NCBI RefSeq assembly: GCF_030144855.1
Contig: NC_082731.1
Coordinates: forward strand, 9,982,001 to 10,046,000
Reading direction: 5' to 3'
From: Hypanus sabinus
Lineage: Eukaryota
DNA: 64,000 nucleotides
The notes beneath the pieces were generated by a model. That model was given only the letters and a program-made list of their open reading frames with translations, did not search any database and was not told the DNA's origin. This document shows, in pieces, positions 26,619 to 36,039 of this stretch. The translations under genes were made by a program, and so were the position numbers. Position 1 is the first letter of the stretch. Each line of letters begins with the position of its first letter.

Positions 26619-29600
26619 AATCACATTTCAAAACCTTGAAAAAATCTGCAGAAGAGTTGATTGGCCTAGGACTGCATTTATTGTAGTTTTTCCATATAGA
26701 ATACTGAAAAGCTGAACAAATGCGAAGAGTTCTTTCCATGTACTTGATGCATTTGATTGGCATATTTGATTGAACTTTAGGTCTATTCACTGAAATCACA
26801 ACTATGTTGGAATTGTTATTGAAAAGTGAAAAGCCGTCTTACAAGCCACTACTTTTCCATCGCTTCGACGAATCTGTCAAACCCAGAGACTTGCCGTTCC
26901 GTGCTCCAACAATTTTTTAATTACGATTAACATGCCAATTGCAATTGTAACGAATGCTCCCATCCTTTACATTTTTTTTTGGTCTCTGACACTTCCTTGA
27001 CTGTAACCTCTGACAGAAAATATATATTTTAACAAATCATCTGCCAACTTCTTGTTTTCCGTAATCAATTCCATCACTCTTTGGAGAAGCAGAGTTTTAA
27101 AATTTTGCTCAGTGTTTATCTGGAGCCCAGAAACAATATTGGGAATGTGTGTATATGGCTTTCTGAATTTTATTGGAGAGCGTTTACAAACTGATGATCA
27201 CTGTAATATTTCCGAAGCCACCGTACAAGCTAAATGTATTGAGAAGCCACAGGTTAAAATCTCAATTAAATCAAATGCTTACATTTGTCCAACATCAAGG
27301 TGAATGCCCATTGAATATGCTTATAACTTTGATTTTTCAACGCAGTGCAGGTGGCAGCTCCGTTCACTGAAACAGCTGTGTTAGACTACTGCCGCCTCCG
27401 CCCACCTATTCTATCTGCTATTCTGTGGTATAATTGTATTCACTAATTCATCCCATAGTTTTACTTCCTGAAATTTAAGTGAACACCTCCTTCTAAATGC
27501 AGTACGGGGCAAACCCGACCTCAGGTGTTGCGGTGACCAATACAGAACAGATGGGCGATAACGGATCGCAACTGTAGATAGGTGCGCAGGGGTCACTTAC
27601 TGGTCCTTCCACATATTGCACTATTTACTGGGCAGTTCCTTCATGACACAATGTTGTAGAGAAATAATGAATGCTTTTACAAATCTCCATGTGGTGTTTT
27701 GAAGCATCAACCTCGTTACATCAAGACAGTGATAATATGGTACCAAGGATTAAGAAATAGACTAGGCCTTTTGCATGAATAAACATATTTAAAGTCACGG
27801 CAATACCATCAATCGAAAGTGTTCTCGTTAGACTGTGAAAATTATGAATATCGGTTTCAATTTGTTTTCAAATCTTTCTGCTCTTTAGGCATTGCACTGA
27901 CGTGGATAGCACAATGAGTTTCAAGTGATAATGAAGTATTTCGTTGTGCCCGTTAGAAGATTCGGCAACCTTAAATAGCTCCATGAAATTGCCACGGCTT
28001 TATCACGTAACATGGTCACCAATCTTGGTTCCCTCGTCCGTGCAATATATTCAGTCGATTGTCACTAACAGGAATTAATACTCCAGAATTTAGTAAAGAA
28101 TAAACATATGAGTAACGAGCTTCGGAGGTAGACTGGGATTTGGGTAAATAAATAACAGTTTTGGACAGTGTAAGATGTAGCACTTTGTTTTGGAAAATTG
28201 AGAAAGGAATATATAATGTAAGTGTTCTTGTGTTAAGAAGAACTAGGAGGTTAAAGATCGGATATATATTGACTCAACTACTTTGCACGTTTACAACAAG
28301 CAACCAAGAGTAAAATTCTGCTCACGGTCTTGGTGGGATCATGATGGTAAATAGAGCCCCTGCCAAATTCCATGTGGGTCCTCAGTTGGAAAGACAATTG
28401 AAATATGTGGGAGGGCCTTTTGATTGATTATCTGGTACACATCGTTTTTAAAGTTCAACGCTTTAGATATAAAAGACCATAAGACTGTAAGGCATGGAAC
28501 ATATTTCCTCAGAGAATTACAATGTCAAATTTTGTGTGAAATCATCATAGATTCCAAGAGTTTTTTGCAAAGTTGGAATACAAAAGTGATGAATATTATT
28601 GTTTGAAGCATTGTTCGTATTTGCATTCTACATCCCGAAAAGTAGTAATTTGGGGATTTGGTGATGTAACGTAACAAGGTTATTCTGATTTTTACCCAGA
28701 GCAAGGGAGACATTTCTCGTCACATCAATCCCTTCATTTTGCTCTCCAAGCATATGTTGAACATGAAGATATGTTCTGATTTGCGCATTGAATCTACTAA
28801 CCTTTCCTTCATTAATGCCCAATTCACTTAAATAGAACCTTGTAATTAGCGAGCCACTATTTAGATTCGTAATCTATTGGAGATTGCTGCTTTCAATCTA
28901 TCCGGTGCCAAGACATCATTTTAAAAGTCAATTTCACTACAACAATCGTAATCCGAGCAGGTCAAGCCGCATCCATGGAAAGTATAGTCAATGTTCCGGG
29001 TTACAGCCATAGATGCTGTCTGGCCTGCTGAGCTTCTCCAGCATTTTATGTGTGTTGCTTGGATCTCCAGCATCTGCAGATCTTCGCTTATTTGCGATTG
29101 AATCTTTAAGCTGAGATCTTCAGAAGGATGACTTACGTCTCAGCGTTAGATTGTTCCTATATTTCGTCAAGTTGGACTGATTTCCAGAGTATATCAGTTT
29201 CTAACTACTAACGCCACTGTACCAATCTAAAATTAAAAAAAAAACCCCTACGATCTCTCATGATGGTTCAAACAGAATCAAAATCTATAATTATTGCTAA
29301 TCTGGCTTTTATATACTACGCTTATGATAATAAGTTCAAGTTTTTTTTAATTGTTAATGTTAATAATCAGAACTTTTAATTCTAATTGAGCTAATAATGC
29401 ATAATTATACTCATCCGTTTGGACAGCACATGATTCAACGCCCCCCCCCCATACACGCACACAGAATTCTCTGTATTTTCATGTGCCTGTGCAAGACCAT
29501 CCTGAACATCTCCATTGTATCAGTATCTGCCATCAGCCTTAGTCTCTGGCCATTTCTGCAACTGATCCATTTTCTGGTCTAACTCTTGGCAATCTTCTGT

Positions 29601-30170
29601 GTTATCCATAAGACCACCTACCTTCCTGCCATCTACAAACGTACTATTCCTCATATCTACCGTTGTGTTAAAGCGATATGTGTGTATATATAATCACAAA
29701 CATCGAAAGTCCTAGAACAGAAAAACATTAGTGACATACTTGCAACTAGAATAAGAGCTATTGTTTACTACTCTGTCTTCTGTAGGCAACAGAATTTTGA
29801 ATGCAAACGGCCAAGTCACTCGGGATGCAGTGCTTCTTAATATTCTATACGTTTCCCAAGAATGGTTTTGTCGAATATCTCACTGAAACTTACGTAGACA
29901 TATTCTATCTTTATCTGTACCAATCACTTCCATCTTCTCGAAAACTTCAATGATGTTACTCAGACATGATCTGCTTTTGCACAAGGCTGTACTGACCAAC
30001 CCTAAGTAGGCCATGTTTTTCCAAATGCTCATAAATTCTGTCCCTAAGAATCCTCTTATTAGTTTCCCTCCCACGGACATGAGACCCACCAATCTATTAT
30101 TTCCAGATTATCGCCATCTCCATTCTTGGACAAAGGAACAACACTGGCTACTCACACCTTCCTTGGGATG
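26619..30170. repeat. Tandem segmental duplication, copy B
   Basis: Head-to-tail with copy A; lacks the CR1 insert and a segment of about 0.5 kb (A about 25448-25985). Confidence 0.92.
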
Positions 30171-30199
30171 CAAAAATGCAAGTTATACAAAGCATTACC

Positions 30200-30990
30200 A
30201 ATTGTAAGTCAACACGGTGCATCAACAACGATGATGCCCTCCTTCTTAATAGGCTGAATGTCTATCCATGATTTGACCAATAAAATGATGTGACATCAAA
30301 GTACGGTCCCTCTCTTTGCGGCGAACAGGCACCATGACTGGCGGCAGCTGAGGCTAGGAGAGCCCTATCTAGGGTAAATCCATGCAATGCTGCAGGACTG
30401 GACAACATCTGGGCGGCCCAGCTGACACGGCAGCTCTTTCATGCGAACTTGAGGCATGCAAGGCTCCCGCTGCCATTCTAACAGCTTTCTACAGAAGTGC
30501 CGTCGAGTGTCATATTGGCTGCTTCATTGTGTGGTACCAAAGCTCCAAGGCAACAGGGCGCAAGATCAGAAGACAACCAAACCAGCCGAAAGGATCATGG
30601 GGGGTCTCCCACAAGCCACCCCAACCCATATATGATACTTAGCAGAAGCATTGTTGTGGATCACTACTACCCAACCCACAATCTCTTAGTCCCACTTCCA
30701 TCCGGAAGGAGGTAAAGAAGCGTTAGGAACAGGTCTGCCAGACAGGGTAACAGCTTTTTCCCTGAAGGCTGTGAGACTTATGAATACTCTGCCACTACTG
30801 AGGTCCCGTTAATAGGACTGAGAGCTGTTTACTGGTTACACGTGTAGCGTTTTACAACATTCACTTTCAATTATATATTAACTCATTTATAGTATAATAC
30901 TTTGGTTGACGTGCTGTGTGCTATCTGTTATGTTGAAGCACGGTGGACTAACTGTACTGAATGTTATATTATTTGGGTTGTACAGTCAAA
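30200..30990 (+). mobile_element. Internally deleted Rex1/Babar-like LINE
   Basis: AILTAFYRSAVECHIGCFIVWY (ORF 30382-30642) and a tgacaat...(cttgaa)n tail. Confidence 0.65.
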
Positions 30991-32237
30991 TGACAATGAA
31001 CTTGAACTTCAACAAAGTTGTTGGTGAACGGTAATTGCACCTATCGCCTCTCTCCAGAAGACTTCGAAGTCGTGATTTTAAAGTGATCTAACGCTACCTA
31101 TTTCATATCAAAATTTCCTACCATCTTAGCATGCTCCACTCTGATCTCACTATCCTGTAAAGATTTCTTCTTGGTGAAAACTGACGCAAAATGCACATTT
31201 AAAACCGCACTGCTGTCTCTCGAAAAACATGCTTCCTACTTTTTCTGTCAGTGGTTCTATCCTCGTCCTCGTTATCCCCTGTCTCTTGATATATATGTCC
31301 GCCTTGCCAAAATGTGATTATAGCACCCTCTCTCTCCTAATTTAATACTGAACGTCTTTTCGGGCTTCTTTATATTTTTTCGGTATCACTGTTCGATGTT
31401 ATCCTCCTAAACCTTATGAATGCTTTATTTTTCTAATTGACTAAATTTGCCACGCCTGTCACCATCGAAGGTTCCTTAGAATTTGTATATTCCATTCAAG
31501 TTGCACATCGACCTTCGGAGGTTGATAATTATTCACATTCGTTGCCAATCTGCTTCTTCCCTTCACTTCATAATGGAGTGTGTATCGTATTTTACCACGT
31601 TATTCGAATTTCGAACAAATATCTTTAAAGTAAACCACCTGACAGGGCCTTCGTCCCTAAATCTAGCTGTGGTGTTTTCCCTGACCATAAATAACCCGGA
31701 TTAATGCCCTAAATTAGGCACATCTGAATTTTATTTTCGCAGTAATGTTTTCTGTCTAGTCGAATTCCTCTAGAATCGTGCGTGTTGCTTCGTTATTACG
31801 CACATACACTGTAAGCGAGGTCACTAAATTCTAAGACACCACCATTGACAATAAATTTAGGGTCAGTTTTCTAACTACGGCTGGCTTTAGATTCATGTTG
31901 ACTACTAATGTTGAACAGACGAACGACCGCAAGCCAGAAATCTGTAACAACAGGAATATTTTTTTAGTTTTTCATGGTGATTAAAAGAAAGCCTTTTAGT
32001 GCACTTGCTGTTTCAAGTTGACGGTTACTCTTGGATGCTCTTAACGCATTTTTGAAGCCCTCTCCAGATAATAAAGCAAAGAAGAATGGAAAGACATTCA
32101 CTGCCGATGGAGATCTTTCTCTATATATCTATCCATACGTTTATGCTCATATATTTCACCAATGTAATTATGGAAATATCGGATATAAAATACAACATTA
32201 ACAGAGCTTGAATCGCAGTTGATACGCCTTCTGCATT

Positions 32238-32271
32238 ATGCAAATGAGCCCAGACCCTCGAGGCTTATAAA
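32238..32271 (+). promoter_or_regulatory. IgNAR V promoter: octamer ATGCAAAT (32238-32245) and TATAAA (32266-32271)
   Basis: Classical Ig V promoter geometry about 90-125 nt upstream of the leader ATG at 32362. Confidence 0.8.
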
Positions 32272-32361
32272 GTCTTTGCTCCTTCGCAAGGTTGCACAGA
32301 CAGTCGACGCTGATGTCTAGAATCTTCTCTACTTAACAGGCTTTCTGGTGGTGAAGAAACC

Positions 32362-32404
32362 ATGAATATGTTGTGTGTTTTGATATTTTTAGCGTGGTTA
32401 CCGA
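32362..32404 (+). CDS. IgNAR: IgNAR leader exon (MNMLCVLIFLAWLP + phase-1 A)
   Basis: ATG 32362, donor GTACGT 32405. The spliced leader MNMLCVLIFLAWLPNAFS parallels nurse-shark MNIFLLSVLLAWLPNVFT. Confidence 0.93.
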
Positions 32405-32532
32405 GTACGTGCTGTTCATTTTTAAAGAGAATTATGATTACTATTTTGCCGTTGCGTAAACAAATTTCATTTTATGTTACATCCTGTGCTGCTTCAGATA
32501 TGTGATGATTAAATTTGTTTTCCTCCCTTCAG

Positions 32533-32807
32533 ATGCCTTCAGTGTATGGGTAGAACAGACACCAAAAGAAGCAACAAAACAAACAGGCGAAACTCTGACC
32601 ATAAACTGTGTTTTAAAAGATGCTTTCTGTGGCCTCAATAGCACACGTTGGTACCGCCAAAGACCCGGTCAAACCAATAACGAAAGCTTATCGATTGGAG
32701 GGCGATATGCGGAATCTCTCAACAAGCCAACAAACTCCTCTTCGCTGCAGATCAGGAATCTAATTGTTGAAGATACAGCTACGTATTTCTGCCATGCTCT
32801 CCACTAC
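32533..32807 (+). CDS. IgNAR: VNAR exon, type II-like (CDR1 Cys)
   Basis: Acceptor ttcctcccttcAG 32531-32532. Encodes VWVEQTPKEATKQTGETLTINCVLKDAFCGLNSTRWYRQRPGQTNNESLSIGGRYAESLNKPTNSSSLQIRNLIVEDTATYFCHALHY: canonical Cys pair, WY, the FR2-CDR2 deletion typical of VNAR, and an extra CDR1 Cys. Confidence 0.97.
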
Positions 32808-32845
32808 CACAGTAACGAAGTTGAGCACAAGCCAATTCAAATACG
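32808..32845 (+). promoter_or_regulatory. V 3' RSS (22-bp spacer)
   Basis: CACAGTA 32808-32814, 22-nt spacer, TCAAATACG 32837-32845 (6/9 to ACAAAAACC). Confidence 0.85.
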
Positions 32846-33043
32846 TTGGAAAATCTTTCACGCGAGAAACTATGATTGCTTCCGTTTTTTGGAGAATAAA
32901 ATTGCTGAGCCGTAACGGATTACATTGTAGAGCGAGGGTTCGTTTATAAAACGTTAGCGACAGTCACTATGCCGCACATTTCCAAGTGGGCACATCTGGA
33001 GGTGCAGCGTCACTTTGGTCTTCCAGAGTTATGCAAATGGAGA

Positions 33044-33124
33044 CATTATTGCTATTGAATGAACCCCTGTGCAGATAAAGAATGCCACAGTGATCTAAAG
33101 CATGGACTCTGCAATTCAAAAATC
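33044..33124 (+). CDS. IgNAR: D1 segment (coding 33072-33085, CAGATAAAGAATGC) with 12/23 RSSs
   Basis: 5' side: CATTATTGC, 12 nt, CCCTGTG (33065-33071). 3' side: CACAGTG 33086-33092, 23 nt, TCAAAAATC 33116-33124. Confidence 0.88.
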
Positions 33125-33302
33125 ACAAATGCATTTGGTAATTGGAGAAAGGACAATGCTAACCAGTTTCTGAACTGTACAATGCAGACGCTATTTTCGA
33201 AGGATTATTGGCTATAAAAGTAGCTGTGCGGAATAAAAACGGCCTTAAGCAAGATTGCAATTTGCGTCTTGACCACATGATCTAGTATTGATTTACAAGG
33301 AA

Positions 33303-33381
33303 CCTTTTAGTACTAGCATCAATGACTGTGTCAACAACAGTGCCACAGTGATGAATCTGCAATCGCCATCATGCATAAATC
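33303..33381 (+). CDS. IgNAR: D2 segment (coding 33331-33343, TCAACAACAGTGC) with 12/22 RSSs
   Basis: 5' side: CCTTTTAGT, 12 nt, GACTGTG (33324-33330). 3' side: CACAGTG 33344-33350, 22 nt, GCATAAATC 33373-33381. Confidence 0.88.
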
Positions 33382-33691
33382 TCCTCCGCAATTCTTAGTG
33401 CAAAACTAATGCAAGACATTCCTTCAGCGACTAAAACTTTTCACTGCCCAACATACTGCCTCTGCCAGACACTGGTACGCATAATGGAGCCTTACTCTAT
33501 ACACTTGTGTAATTGCAGTAGAAATATTATAATCATATGAATAACAAAGCTTTGATATTTTCCTTGATATCTGCCTGGCTGAGAGTTATTATCGACGGAA
33601 GCCAATTAAACCTTTTCATTCATGACCAGTTCCCTCATATCATGGAGGTATAGGATTACTTGGCGGATTTATACACTATTTACAACAGTGA

Positions 33692-33759
33692 GGTTATTGT
33701 GCTCGCGTGAAATGATGTGTCAAAACAGTGCCACAGCAGTCTAAGCCATAGCACAAATC
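33692..33759 (+). CDS. IgNAR: D3 segment (coding 33720-33731, TCAAAACAGTGC) with 12/12 RSSs
   Basis: 5' side: GGTTATTGT 33692-33700, 12 nt, TGATGTG 33713-33719. 3' side: CACAGCA 33732-33738, 12 nt, GCACAAATC 33751-33759. Confidence 0.88.
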
Positions 33760-34072
33760 TCCGGGGCAGTTTTATTTTGTTCGTCGATTTGTAAATGGGA
33801 TTACAAACTGCGCCTTTACGTTCATAGATGTTGCTCGACATAATTTTAAAAAGATACTTCTTCTTTGGGTTGAATTCCACCTACATTCCTTGGTGCTTAA
33901 TCAACAAATTTCCCGTTTCAATATCACAAGCCCTTTTAATGCACCGAATATACAGGTGGGCGGGTGAAAACTGAAAGAAATTGAGACCTGTTGACCTCTA
34001 GAGTATATTGTTAAGCCTTTTGTTTCTGTCTTATTCTGGAAGACATACCTCTATAATTCACTTTTAATGATC

Positions 34073-34151
34073 ACTTTCCGTATTGGAATGAATAGGAAGT
34101 AAATCATTGTGTACGTACACGGTGGTGGCACAAAGCTGACTGTCATAGCTG
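34073..34151 (+). CDS. IgNAR: J segment (coding 34112-34151, YVHGGGTKLTVIA) with 23-RSS
   Basis: ACTTTCCGT 34073-34081, 23 nt, CATTGTG 34105-34111; GGGT motif; strong phase-1 donor G|GTAAGT at 34152. Confidence 0.95.
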
Positions 34152-35666
34152 GTAAGTGACATATTTCATTACATTTTGGGCAAGCGCATATGTTTCCCGA
34201 TGAGAAGGGCAATTAGAATCTCACTTAAACGTTAATAAAAAAGAAACTACAAAAAAAACTCACTTAAATTATGCAAACGGAGTAATGCACTATCATAACA
34301 TACTTTTGCAAATAGAAAAATGCTAACTCGCTGAGATGTCCCAGAAGAAGTTAAATACGTGCCTTTCCTCCCAAGATAATTCCTTCATTGGCTTAAAAGA
34401 ATAAAATTGAACTTGGAGTACTTTTACAAATCGAAGCGCATCAATTACCCTCGACCTGCTGCACGCCTGCCCAGACAGTAACTTTAAAGTGTTACCTGAT
34501 ACATTGATATAATGTGATTTTTCATATATTTGTATATTTGAGTGCCGATTAGCTTCCCACTGTCTCAGACACGAGCAACATCGCCGTGCGATACCTATAT
34601 TAGAGAAAACCTCTTTATCGGTTTAAATATATGAAGATTTAGTGTGTAAAGTGAACCGAACTACGAAAGAAGTTTGAAGATGAAATAGGTTTCAGTACAC
34701 AAAGGGGTCGCTAGAAATATAAACGGTATTTTATTAATTTGATGCTTGGCAGGGAATTTGAATCATAAACTCGTAGTGAAAACAACTTGATACATTGCTG
34801 GAATAGAATAAAATGTCTTTTATTTAGAAAGACATATCGTCTTCTAACAACCACTTAAAATCCGTGCAAGTCTGGAAGGATGAAAAAGATTTTCTCAGAC
34901 TTGTTTGACTTGTATAACTTTGGTTATATTTTAACGTCAATTTTCAGAGTGTTCAGGGAGGGGAGAGGTGGGCGAAAGGCGGTTCTGATCGCAAAGCGAG
35001 AAGAGATAACAGAATCAATGTTATCAATGTTGAATGATAACATAATCAACTTAGTCTGTGAAAGCGGGACACGATAATATTAAGTCCCCACCATCTCGCT
35101 GAATGCCTCTAAGTCAATTGCCAGTTCAAATAAAATTTACACTCCTGACCGTAATACGTTTCAGGCGTTCAGTATCGCTCAAGATACCAATTATAAAATT
35201 GGTATTAAACAGACTGTGTTGCAATACAAAATATAAAATTGCCGTTAGCTAAACGGTATGCTAAATTATAGTTTGCAATGGAACCGTTGCTGCGAAACGA
35301 GTTTTAATTTTCATCAAATAAATAGAACGATAGTTCCGACAAGTAATTCCTCCCCAGATACAAACTCAAAAGAAGGTAAAAGTCTGACCCAGAAAAGCGG
35401 AGGGAGGCAATTTGCAATTCTACCCATAATTGATGCAATTTAATTCAACTTATTGCTGTTTGTTTGCTTCACCTTTCTTAGTTTTTAACATGTTGGAACC
35501 TAATCCAGTTCTACGTGTTTTGTTTTTTAAATACGCAAGTAAAAAAGTCGCCTTTGTTAGTATGTAGCGCTGAGTTATATTACTCCATCTGCCCAGCCCA
35601 TTTTCTCCCAATACTCTAGCAATTAATGCAGACCTTCCCCTTGAGTTTTGATCATTTTCATGAAAG

Positions 35667-35940
35667 GAACTTCTCCGTCGTCAAGCACAGTCGATTCCAT
35701 GCACTTAACCAAACAATTGGGGAGGTTAATTTATTGAATACTTCCAAACTAAATCAATGCCCTTTCTATTTTGCTGTGCTAATGACAATCAAAAGGAAAC
35801 TGTCCGATACCAGCACCTGTTATTCAGTCCAGTGAAATGAATGGACGGTTCCTGATCTCCGAGTCGTATCTCAAGATTCCTTCGCTTCGGCAAGTGACAG
35901 CCCGGGTTTTCTGTCTTGATCTCAAAAACTCAATGCACGT
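35667..35940 (+). pseudogene. Candidate decayed IgNAR C1 pseudo-exon
   Basis: Phase-1 AG at 35665-35666, then GTSPSSSTVDSMH (vs GIPPSPPIVSLLH), FY-AV-*Q (35764-35788), SPVK*MDGS*SPS-YLKIP (35826-35881, vs SPVKTSSNDFSCASLLKVP) and Cys codon 35912-35914. Spacing is near that expected; stops and frameshifts are present. Confidence 0.5.
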
Positions 35941-36039
35941 ATTTTATCTTTAGCTTTCCTTCCCTTGTAAATCCAGTGACGTTACAAATAACGCTCTCAG
36001 TTAGGGCCCAAGATTACCCATAAGACCATGAGTCTGGAG

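Noticed and set aside
32965-32981. Extra D segment (CACTATG-ccg-CACATTT)
   Set aside because: The 5' heptamer lacks the essential CAC on the coding side, and no nonamer lies at 12 or 23 spacing.
33201-33228. Extra 12-RSS between D1 and D2
   Set aside because: The spacer would be 10-11 nt and no 3' heptamer follows.
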